From NCBI RefSeq assembly GCF_026571515.1, contig NW_026866645.1:62001-126000 (forward strand): a stretch of 64,000 bases of DNA. Reading direction: 5' to 3'. The notes under the pieces were generated by a model that did not search any database, had not been told where the DNA came from, and saw only the letters and a program-made list of their open reading frames with translations. A program made the translations under genes and the position numbers. Positions 51,401-62,906 of this stretch are shown here, piece by piece (position 1 is the first letter of the stretch; each line of letters opens with the position of its first letter). The DNA is from Ruditapes philippinarum (taxonomy: Eukaryota).

Positions 51401-54400
51401 ATGCAAGATAGAATTATGGATCTTGGTCAATGACCTTCAATGAATTATGATTCTAAATGCATATGTGAAGTCTGAAATAAATATCTTTAATAGTTATTGA
51501 GATTGAGATATGTAAAACTTGCGTGTTAACATTAACCAAGAGATTAAGTAGAAAAGGGGAGATGAATCAGCCTAAATTCGAGTAGAGTTATGGAACTAAA
51601 TTCGCTTGGTCAGTGACATACAATTATGACTCTCAAATTACGACCTTAAGTACATGTGTAAAGTTTCAAGTAAATATCTTTGAAGACCGTTAACCAAAAG
51701 TTACAAAGGGCCAAATAATTCTGCAAATATTGCAGGCAGAGTTATGCAATTTTGCAAACTAATGTACATTGTTACTAAAAAAAAGTATTGTAAATTTCAA
51801 TTGAATATCTCAAGCAATAATTGAGATATTTGACTTTACAAAAAACTTTTACCAAAATTTCTAAGTTATAAAGGGGCATAATTCTGTAAATATTATAGGC
51901 AGAGTTATCCAACTTGTCAATCTGATGTACATTGTTACTATAAATAAGTATTGTAGGTTTCAATTGAATATCTCAAGCAATAATTGAGATATTTGACTTT
52001 ACAAAAAACTTAAACCAACGCAGACGCCGACACGGACGCTGACGCCGACACCGACGCCGACGCCGGGGCGACTACAATAGCTCTCATATTCTTCGAATAG
52101 TCGAGCTAAAAATGACATATAATAGATAAAGTTGTATATATGAATTAAGTGCTCGAATTGATCAAATCATTTTATCAAGTGTATTTGTTTAATATCATCG
52201 AACGTTATTGTAACCCCACAGTTAAAGTAAGGAAGACTAACAGGGGTTTTGATGAGGTTTAAGAGTCTGCAGCTCAACAACATGATCTTTGGTTTGATAC
52301 TTTATGGGGTCATTAACTTGTTTCCATGTATTTAACGAATGCTGGTTGATGTCTGGAAGAGGAATCAATAGCGGTTAAAAACGTAGTTTTGAGTTCGATT
52401 GTGCTTACTGAATCACTCTCAAATTCGTTCCGGAAACCAACCGGTACTAAACAAGGAGTGTAAAATTTCTTTATCATGGAATAAATGGCAAGCCCCGTGG
52501 CAGGGTTTGAAGCAACGCTGTCAGGCATCCTTAGATTACTAATTTTAGGCGTTAAGCACTAAGCATTGCCACCACTCTAAAATGCCTCATCAAAGCTTCC
52601 ATCACAATCAAACTAATTTCAGAATAATAGTGTTTTGTTTTCATCTGAAGATTACTTTCTGTTAAGCAGATCGAAGATGTTTATTACTTCGTTAGAAATG
52701 TTTTATTGTTTTTATCTCAAGAATGCCAACCAGATCGACAAATGGTTCGGGAATATGTCGGCCAAGAACAAAGTTAGTAAGATACCAAATGTTAGTTGGT
52801 GGTTGGTCGGTAATCAAGCCATTGCGATGTCTGGACAACCGATCGGTAACGGTTATATAAAGTTACATTCTTTAATAGAAACGGTTCTATAATTTTATAC
52901 TCTGTAAAAAAATGGTTATATAATGCTATATTATCTAAGAAAAACGTTTATATAAGAAATAATGTTGGTCTCTGTGGTTATATCGGCAGTTTAAAAGAGG
53001 TTTTGAATATTGATGTGTAGATATTGACCATGAAGGCCTCGGTCAATATCACATAAGCCTGTAAATACTATACAAATATGGACTTTTTAGCTGTTGAATA
53101 TGATGTGATATGTACTGAAAAAATTAATATTGACCGAGGCGATAGCCGAGGTCAATATTAATTTTTCAGTACATATCACATCATATTCAACAGCTAAAAA
53201 GTACATATCTGTTTTATTATATAATTTATAAATAGCTTTTATATGGTTTATCACATCCACAGGCGCTAGTCACATAATCAAATATTTTACATAATCGGTC
53301 TATACAGTATATGTATATAAAGATATCTTTATATACATATATAGACCGATTATGTAAAATATTTGATTATGTGACTAGCGCCTGTGATCACATCTGCCAT
53401 TGCATACGAAGGAAATCATTATTTTTCAGCTTGTCTACTGTTTCCATAATTTGGTCATTTCCATTGGCATGCTAATCCCTATTGTTCTTAAAAATATAAA
53501 AAGGTAAATAAAATAGACTAATTTGACTCTTATGTACACCCCACTCAAAGTTTTTTTTTTCAGAATAATAACAAACTTGGCGTGACGTCATATCAAAGTC
53601 TCGCGTCTTTTAGGGATTTCCAGAAAATCTATTTTTAGAAGAAAAACCGGTGAATATAATCTGAAAATCTATTTTTAGGAAAAAAACAGTGAATATACTC
53701 TGATATTGACCTGTTATTTTTTACAAAAAGTTGCTTGTTAGCCAATCAGGGAAAGGCATTTCAAAGCTATTTATAGATTATATAATAATACATGATATTC
53801 AATGGCTGACAGGTCGATAACTGTATACATTTCTATAAGAAAATGCCTATAAATGTTATACTTTATACTAAAAAAACGTTTTCATAAGGTTATATTTTAT
53901 AAGAAAAACGTTTATAAAACGTTATGGTGGAACTCTATAAACTAAACAGCTATATATGTAGATCTATAATGTTATATATATTTTTTTAAAATGGCTATAT
54001 CATAGATATATTATGTGATAAATACAGGATATTTTTGGCATAATGAATGCCATATCAGGGTGCTACTTTGAACGTTTTTAATGTATTGGCTAAATTCGGG
54101 TTTTTCTTCTAGAATAACACGAAGTGCCTGCCTACTGACAAATGCACTGTGCTGTCAGATTTTGATTTTAATTGGGAAGCTACATGTACGTCACATAATA
54201 CTATATGGTGTTCTCTTCGGGGCATCGTTTTTTCGCATCGACAATCTCTGATATAGATAAAACTCAATACCCGTACGTTTATGCATAGGGACTATTGTCA
54301 TATGGCCGGTTGATATCTGCTACATGCCTTTTGCATATAAATATTTTATTTGGGTGTGTAACTTTTCAATAAACGTGCAACTTACAACACGTTACAAACA

Positions 54401-57400
54401 GATTTTTAACATTCAAACCGAAATAAGGACAGTTTGGTTTATCGTTGCATTTTGCTGTTGTTCTTTTGTATGTTGCTATTGTTGTTGACGTTTTTGTTGT
54501 TTTTCCCAAAACATTTTTTCTGAAAGGTGTTATAATTGACCCCAATGACGTCACACAAAAGGGCTACATTCAGTATGATGATAACAACCTAGGTGTTCCG
54601 GACACAACTCAGTACTTGTTTAGTAATAATCCAGCTCACGCACAAACAGAAGCAGATGGCACTCTGTGGAGTACAGTTAGTGTTGTTAAGTTCGAGACCC
54701 AATCTCACCTTAAAATCAAGTAAGGACAGTGTTAAAAAAAAATTTTGATATGACGAATAATCATTACATTTAAGAAAAAAAGTATCCCAAAAATTGATGT
54801 TATCGCTAAATAAAATCACTGTTTGCAGTTCAGATGCAAGGAATCATATCACGAGACTGTAGCCCGTGTGATATAATGCTGCGCAACTGGACGGCAAACT
54901 CGGAATATATGCGACAAACACCTTTATTTACATACATTTTCGTTCCTTGTATGTTTATGGTAAAATTCAGTTGGTTTTAGAATTTTGCGTATTGTTCGGC
55001 TGTAGAATATTAACGCTCAACTGATAATGCGACTGTACTTTATATGCAAAAGTATGCACCTATCAATGCCAAAAGCTTTAAAGTACACTATTTGTTCTGT
55101 TACTTTGCACAGAAAAAACATTTTTCTGTCTGCGAAATCTCTTATTCAAGGAAATTAGGATCGGGCTAGTTTTAGATGCTTATTTATACTTCCACGTCAT
55201 TGCTTTTTTGAATACCGCTTCATAATTCATTGAATAGACAGATTTCACCCCCAATTTCACTTAACAACGTTTCTTTATCTCATGAATAATAGAACTTTTA
55301 TTTCCATACTAGACGCGTGGTTTACAAAATAGGCCATGACCTAGGACGCCATGTTGTTGGAACATTCAACTACGAGGACTCAAATCTCACGAGATGTAAA
55401 GGCACGAGACCATATCCAGACTTTGGTGCAAGATTCGGATACCTTCATTCAATTGCTATGACAGAAAACTATATTATCCTACCAGAAACAGCACTGATGG
55501 ATGACCCTTGTGTATTTAGTAAGTGTTGATTTACTCACTGAATGTGTGTAGGCCCAATTACTTCTTTAAACATTTATTAAAGGGAGGGCGTCCGTTGCAA
55601 AAATTCCAGAGTTGTAAAGTGTTCCTTTTGAAAACTGCTTTTGAAAATGTGAACCTGTATGTATAGCAATTTTGACTGTTGGCAGAGTTTTATACTTGTC
55701 CGTACATTTCGTAACTACTCGTTCATATAGGGGCGGGGCGTCATGTGTGACTTAAGATTGTTTAATTTTGTGAATCTACTTTAGTCTTATTTAACATGTT
55801 ACTATGTAAACGCACTCTTGTAGTTCTGCAACTGGAAACAAGTTTTCTTAAACTCTATTTTCTGTATTTAAGTTTTACATTTCAGTTGTACATACTTTTG
55901 TCTTGTCTCAGGAACAGATTTATATCAAAAGTGTGCCGATTTGCTTATATATTATATGTAATGGAAGATACGAACTTGTAAATTTGTTATTTTTTCATTT
56001 CATTTTTGTTAAGATCTATGTGTAAACCTTCACTTAAAAGTTTGGATTAAGAGGCAATTTATTTCCTTTGCACGGATACAGTTAAAATTGCTATACATAC
56101 AAGTTCGCATTTTCAAAAGTAGTTTTCAATAGGAACACTTTAAATGTCTGGAATTTTGGCAACGAACGCCCTCCATAGATTTCAAGCCGGTATTAGAATT
56201 ATTATCTATTTTTCACTAAGAAAATAATCTTTACTTTTGATACGATTTTAAAGCCTTATCTGCATATCACAAATAATTTATTGCTATGAATGTCGATGAT
56301 GCATTACTAGATATGTAAATTCTGTTTTCAGCTTAATATGTCATCTCTAATAAAATCATTATATTTCCTGTTGTTTCAAGACAGTTTATTAACACAATCA
56401 ACATTAAGAAAAACAAAATATCTTAAGAACGGCCAAATTGAAAATGTTGCAGGCCCGGTTTGATTGAGCATGTGCATGGACTATATTGGTAACTGCGTGC
56501 TATCGTCCAAGACCCCAGCAGCGTTTTAATCAGAACTAAACATTAAAACATGAAAGGTGGTGAAATTTTGGAATGTGTTTCATGCGGCGATTATCAAACA
56601 ATAGTTTGTCCTTTCTGATATGCTTTCAGCAAGGTATGACAAGTACGAGCCTTTCTTACCACAAGGTTTCCAGTATGAATCGACAGGCTATTCTAGACTT
56701 CTTGTGATGAGAAAATCTGACGGCCAGTTCATAGCTAATATAACCATGCCGCCATTCTTTGCAACTCATCAGGTAATTCTACGACTATGCAACGATGAAA
56801 ATTGGTTCCCAACATTAATACGGAAACTAAACATTGTTTAAGGGGAAGGAATTCCCGACGATGACGACTCAGCTGTTAACTTAGTCTGGTTCCCTACCTA
56901 CATTTACTACGTAGTGTAAGGGGAGGGAACTCCAGACTGTCTCAATCTGCTTAATTTGTGCAATTGACGTGTCTTGATTTCATATTTTTTTACCTGTCGA
57001 TTTTCAATTCTTTTAAATTCGGATGAACATTTGTGTTGGTCAGAAAACAGTGAAGAGACTTGTCCGACTCCAAGGATATACAGGCCGGGTTTGCTTCATG
57101 TTCGTGGCAAAGGTTTATCACTTATTTAAATTGTTGAAGAGTGATAGTTTGTTTGCATTAATGCCTACACGTTTGCCTGATATTACGACATATACCGGCG
57201 CTGTACGTTTCTGATTAACTATTCAGTACATATGATTACCAATATTTCGGTACGTTGTCAGCTGATATACAAAGGTCACATTAACTCAAAGGTAAAACGT
57301 CTGCTTCTATCGATCTATACAGTTTCCTTGTTCTGCTAATAATCACTTTTTATTTATGAACCTTGTATTTAACTATTAACTAAATTGAAACTGTCCAGAT

Positions 57401-60400
57401 TAATCATAATACGAGTATAACTGATCCCTGTACCGAAAAAGTGCCTACTCTGACTGCATTACGTCTGCAGCCTTTGCTGATCCTAATGTTTTTGGCATAG
57501 GGAACATTCTAAATAAAAGGGAATATTCCAACAACAAAATTATATGAAAATTGCAGACTTTGGTCGAGTCTGTTCATGAGTTATGACGGAAATTGTAATA
57601 TCATAAATGCAAGTTCGTTCCAAAATGTCACGCTAAATTTACTGAACTTTTCAAACGGACTACTTCATTTGCTATTTTCTTACTTTCCATTATCAAGTTT
57701 AAGGATAGAAATATTAACATGCAAAAAAGTCAATTTGTGAACGATAAAAATGAAAATTTAAATTGGTCAGCGAACATTATAGAGCCTAGTCAGACTACAA
57801 CGATGTGAAAGCTGACCTGACTCTAAACTGGTGGCAAATCTTTTCACTTTCGCTTTAAGTAGGTTTAAGGGTTTCAATTAATTCTTACAGCGCCGTTATA
57901 TGTCGTAACGCCACTTAATGTCGCACTTGCCGTTTAATATCGTACCATTACCGCTAAATGTCGCAACCGCCGTTTTATGTCGCACACTCTTCTGTCGTTA
58001 AATGTCGCACGATTTTCCATTTCCGTTCGATGTCGCAAAATGTATTCATGACAAAGTATAGCTTAGCTAGTGATTTTAAATCACAATAAACATCGATTGA
58101 TTGCTTACAAATATTTAGTAACTTTGAGACATAAAGGAAAATCTCGATATATCTACCGACCCAAGATGAAAAATGTTTCTAGAAGTGGATAGCAAAATGA
58201 AAAATAAAGTATTCAAATGTGTTTTACCACAAAGAGAGCCTTTGGCATTTGTTACGCTCGTCAAATTGTAATATCAACAAAGATGACTTCAATTTCAAAC
58301 AAGTATGTTGTACTTGGCAGAAAATCCCTTCCTATCTGATACTAGTAGATAGCTACTCCTAAGATCACTTTCATAACGTTAATATTGGCATAATACAGTT
58401 GTTAAACACGGATTTAGATATTGCGACATTTGACGATAGCGTTGTAACATTTAACGGTGAAGAGAAATGGTGCGACATTTAACGTTATCATTTCGACTTT
58501 AAACTTTAAAATATTTTGAGACAATTAACGGCGGTTGTGACATTTAGCGGCAATAGCGCGACTATTGGCGGCAAGTGTGACATTTAGCGTCATTGCGATA
58601 TTTAACGTCTATTCCATTTATTGCAAACTATCTCGCATAAACTATATTCATAGAAATCTTACAGGCCCGGTCTGCCCCAGAAAATGATTTTATATATATT
58701 CCTCAAAAGCTTTTTTTTGTATACTTTTAAAGTTTCCAAAACTCATTGCCATTTTTTATCTGCTGCTTTTTGGCAGATTATATAGTTATAGTGATTTAGT
58801 ATTTTATCATCATGCAACCAATAATGTTGTTATAATTAAGAATTCAGTGTGTCCAATGTATGGACGTTTGGTACCGGGCTAATCCGGCTTGTTTGTTACC
58901 ACAGCTGAATGCCTTTGAAGATGGTAACATTATCCATATGGACATGCTGACGTATAACGATTCCTCTATCTTTGACAAACATATGTTTGTGGAAAATCTT
59001 CTCTCTGAGGTATAATATTATTATATAATCTATTTCTTATTCAGGGCTGGGAATCAAAACTTAATAATCAAAAGCAACAGAACATTGCTATACACCGCAA
59101 ATTATCTGGGTTTTTTTATCTAGCGCAAGTGATAATTCCATAAAATAGAAATATATTGCCAAAATTATCCCTGTTGAAAAGACTGCCAAAAATACAACTG
59201 CGTCGTATCATATTTTATTTTCAACTGCGTCGTATCATTTCGTAAAAATCATTATTTTCTTAGAAAATAAACATCTCTTTTTAATGAAAGTTTAGTAAAT
59301 GATGCAAAATTATGTTTTGAAGTTTATGGTGAACTCTGAAAACGAGTATATAATTGATTTGAAGGAAAAAACGATAGATAAAGCAATATGAACTGCGTCG
59401 TATCCACACATTTTAATAAAAATTCTGCCCCGCTTCGAGTTGCAAGTTCGCTATAACTTTTGTTTTACAAAATAGTTGTGCAAGCAACATATACCGAACG
59501 AAGCGGAAAATAGTGTAGCGTGTTAATACATATATCTGGTTTTCAGTCATTTCCAACAAAAAGAGTTATAAACAAAAACATACATTTTTCGTTCCAAGAT
59601 GGCGGCGTTTGTTTACATTTTGTAGGATACGACGCAGTTTTGATTCCCAGCCCTGTTATTATTTGATAACATTTTCTAAATTTTACACTTACACGGTATA
59701 TATGTTTTTTAAACTTGTTTTCATTAAAGGGAGAATAATCTTCTGCAATGTACAAAACAATTGTTATCAAAAAAAAAAAAAAAAAAAAAAAAAAAACGCG
59801 GCAAATTTTCATTACTCCAGCTGATGCTGTTCACAAGTCGCGCTTATATTAGGGTAAAAAAGGTACAAATGTATAAGAATTTAGTCGGTAGTGTACGAAA
59901 GACCGGTGAGGACATTTCAACTTCATGAATTCCCGATTACAACTTCATGAATTCTGGATTTCAACTTCACGAATTCACGATTTCAACTTCGTGAATTCAC
60001 GAAATCAACTTCACGAATTCACGATTTCAACTTCACGAATTCACGATTTCAACTTCACGAATTCACGATTTCAACTTCGTGAATTCACGAAATCAACTTT
60101 ACGAATTCACGATTTCAACTTCACGAATTCACGATTTCAACTTCACGAATTCACTATTTCACGATTTCAACTTCGTGAATTCACGAAATCAACTTCACGA
60201 ATTCACGATTTCAACTTCACGAATTCACGATTTCAACTTCATGAAGTTGAAATCGTGAATTCGTGAAGTTGAAATTGTGAATTCATGAAGTTGAAACAGT
60301 CCATATAAGGACATTAAAATTTATTGAGCTACATACATCATAGAGAGTGGTCGGTCGGCACGGATGTGTCGGCCAGTCTGGTTGTACACTGGCGGCAAAG

Positions 60401-62609
60401 ACAAATATCCCTGTCAATTTTAGCATGGTACCATTGAATATTGTGTTGTTGTTTTTTTCCTCAAGAATGTTTACACGACAAACTTATCCCGCATATCTAT
60501 AAGCATTTCCGGGAAGACAGCGCGCATGCGCAATTTACGGGGTGACGGGAAGTCACCGTCTGCGTTTGAAATGCCAACTATTAACCATGCATACAATGGG
60601 AAGAAATATGAATATGCGTACATGACAAGAAACTTTGATAGAAGGGAACAAAATGCTATTACAAAGGTAAACCAGTTCTTTAGCACTTAGACGATTGTTA
60701 AATATTAAATGATTAGGATTTAAATAGCAAAATTAAACAGGCAATCTTAATGTAACAAAGTTATTTTTTCTATTCAGATTTTTTGATTGTTCGCGTTCAA
60801 ATGTGTATTTATTCATTTATGTTTATACATTTGTACATGTATTTGTCAAATATAACCTTAGTTTGTTGGCTGAAATATTTGGAACCTAACTTATTTGTTG
60901 TGTTTGTACGAATAGCAAAGATTAAATTTGAACTTGTTTAAGATTTTATTGATTATGTTTTATTTTTATTTTACTTTCTGATTATTTCTTGTAAGGAAGA
61001 TATGCACCTAGCTTACAGAAAGTCGGTGGTTCTATGCTTGCCTAAAATTATACACGAAGGGGCACCTGAGGTCTTTCTTCTCCACTATAGCTGTAAAGTT
61101 GCCAGATGACGACCTTCTGTAGTGGAGAAGTGTAACTGTAAAAAAATATAAATAAGGTGTGCATGCATGATATAACTGCCGTCCTGATACGAACCAGAAT
61201 TATTTGTTGAACTATTCCATGTCTCATGATATCATTTATAATTATTATAATTCTAGTTGCATGTTGATACTGGCGTGGAACAAGAGTTTATTCTACCAGA
61301 AGGGATGTTTGTACAAGATCCTCACTTTGTTTCTCGACAAGGGGCAATAACTGAGGACGATGGTGTAATACTGGCCCAAGGCGTTGATGGAATCAAACAT
61401 AAAGGTAAATCTAAAAAAAGATTTTTATCCTGAATATCTTTCAATCTGACTAAAGGTCAGACCTACTTATTTCTAACACGTGAGACGTTTTAGTAGCTGG
61501 TTTAAATCAAATTGTACTTGTAGATATCTACCTACCGTGTAGCCAAAGAAAGACAAAATGAATCAGTGACAAAAAGACATTTATACATATTATAAAGCGA
61601 TCGCCTCGTTTTTAACTGTCGAAATTGAAATAAGCTAAATTCATAATAAAAGATATAAATGTACATAATTTACTTTCTTGTAAAATAATATTTGTTGTGT
61701 GTTAATTATGTTCTGTGTTGATATATATTAATTTCCATCATTTTATCTTTAAATATAGAACTCAAAGGTGCTTGCTCTGCACAGGTTGTACTGTTATACA
61801 AAAAAGAATTATATAAGTACTTATTTGACAGTATTCGATAGTATTTTGATAATAATTTTAAATCGCATGCGTATTTGCAAAGAATGTTCGGTTGTTTACG
61901 AGAGGTATTGCCGTAAAAAGGTTTAATATAATATCATTTTGGCATTTTATTATGGGAAGAATTGTTACTGTCCTTATAAAACTGGTACGGCTATACAGAG
62001 GTTCGTTCTGTAGAGGTTATACTGTATTTTTCTATACTCTAGCACATAATTATACCTGTTAATCTATAAATAGTATATTTCCGGAATGAATAACTGTCAA
62101 TTTCAATGCCGTTATTTTTACATTTTCTAATAAATGTTGGTTCACTTTAAGCATTCATGATAATTGTCGACGCTAGAACAATGATGATGATTGCCCACGT
62201 GACTGCACCGGATATAGCACTGTTCGGACAACACAGCAGGTATTATAATATATCTGTTTACTGCTCCCCCCCCCCCCCCCCCCCCCCAAAAAAAAACAAA
62301 AACAAAACAACAACAACAAACAAACAAACTCCCTCACAATTGCAGATTCCCATCCCTCCCCCAATCTATCTCACACTTGGCAGAGTACCGCCTTTAACAG
62401 TTCTATAGCATCAATTTCCGCTCACGTAAGTTTGTGTATATTAATAAAACTTCGTATGGCTATGTTATTTTAATCATCAGTTTAATTTTAACTGTTTACA
62501 AATACTTTGGGTTTTTTTGTTTTTTTTTTTTTTGTTTTTTCATTGTAGGTTCTTTCCCATGACAGTTGGAAAACCTGACACAGGAATTGATGGCACTATA
62601 GTGGGCTAG
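48420..62609 (+). CDS. Carotenoid cleavage oxygenase (RPE65/BCO family)-like protein, 561 aa, with predicted signal peptide. Exons 48420-48594, 49849-49996, 50767-50860, 52722-52845, 54527-54719, 55313-55518, 56630-56772, 58905-59009, 60466-60666, 61257-61404, 62152-62239, 62549-62609
   Basis: 12 GT-AG exons join in frame (1686 nt). Family motifs GTIPTWLSG, HLFD, PAHA (His1), YLHSIAMTENY (His2), FFATHQLNAFE (His3), EMPTIN, EDDGVIL, FGQHSRFF (His4). AATAAA at 62691 and 62716. Confidence 0.9.
51107..52112 (-). mobile_element. Helentron-associated interspersed element (HINE/DINE-like)
   Basis: Minus strand: TTTTTAGCTCGACTATTC subTIR, (GGCGTC)n microsatellite, internal ~170-bp tandem units, 3' GAATAGTCGAGC plus CTGTC..GACAG hairpin, T-rich ends. 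Confidence 0.85.
52385..52580 (-). mobile_element. tRNA-derived CORE-like SINE, degenerate
   Basis: Minus strand has a B-box-like GCTTCAAACCC followed by TTAGTACCGGTTGGTTTCCGGAACGAATTTGAG; family from memory. Confidence 0.55.
53021..53208. repeat. Tandem hairpins (53021-53050, 53076-53208) of a non-autonomous palindromic element
   Basis: Near-perfect arms of about 60 bp around CCGAGGCGATAGCCGAGG. Confidence 0.75.
53258..53386. mobile_element. 129-bp palindromic MITE with 8-bp TSD (P- or hAT-type)
   Basis: CACAGGCG...CGCCTGTG, with ATCACATC at 53250-53257 and 53387-53394. Confidence 0.9.
55583..56174. mobile_element. MITE with ~90-bp TIRs in oxygenase intron 6
   Basis: GGAGGGCGTCCGTTGC...GCAATTTT and AAAATTGC...GCAACGAACGCCCTCC. 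Confidence 0.8.
57890..58610. mobile_element. Foldback element with opposed ~22-bp repeat arms
   Basis: CCGTTAAATGTCGCA-type units at 57890-58040 and their complement at 58425-58610. Confidence 0.7.
59042..59655. mobile_element. hAT-like MITE
   Basis: TIR CAGGGCTGGGAATCAAAACT; flanks TTCTTATT/TTATTATT (8-bp TSD, 1 mismatch); internal AACTGCGTCGTATC repeats. Confidence 0.85.
59894..60297 (+). repeat. Homogeneous 22-bp tandem array (TTTCAACTTCACGAATTCACGA) with terminus TACGAAAGACCGGTG and orientation flip at 60241
   Basis: About 15 forward units followed by 2-3 reverse units. Confidence 0.95.
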
Positions 62610-62821
62610 GACACAGTTTAGATGATATTATAATAGTTGCATTATGCAGTTTGTCATGAACTTGTATGTGATAATTGAATATAACTTGAAAATAAAAAAA
62701 AACAATATGGTAATTAATAAAGCTCTTGATATCAATGATTTATATGAGTACAAACAAAACTCATTAGATCACATTATACTATTATTGCTATTCTAACGTA
62801 TCATGATAAATTTTGATAAAA

Positions 62822-62906
62822 ATTCATTCATTCATGCATCTTTTTATTCATTCATTCATTTATTCATACATTCATTCATACATTCTATCTGTTCGTCCGT
62901 CCGTCC
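62822..62906 (+). repeat. (ATTC)n / (CGTC)n microsatellite
   Basis: Visible simple repeats. Confidence 0.8.

Noticed and set aside
55498-55512. DDPC as the PDPC(K) motif of BCO2/RPE65
   Set aside because: It lies after His2, far from the N-terminal loop where that motif occurs.
59914-60297. CRISPR-like regular repeats and the 113-aa ORF 59925-60266
   Set aside because: Units are contiguous with no unique spacers, there are no cas genes and the context is a eukaryotic intron. The ORF is just the translated satellite.
62157-62408. Pro/Lys-rich C-terminus for the oxygenase
   Set aside because: Read-through into intronic poly-C/poly-A. The donor at 62240 and acceptor at 62548 give the family-like HSRFF ending.
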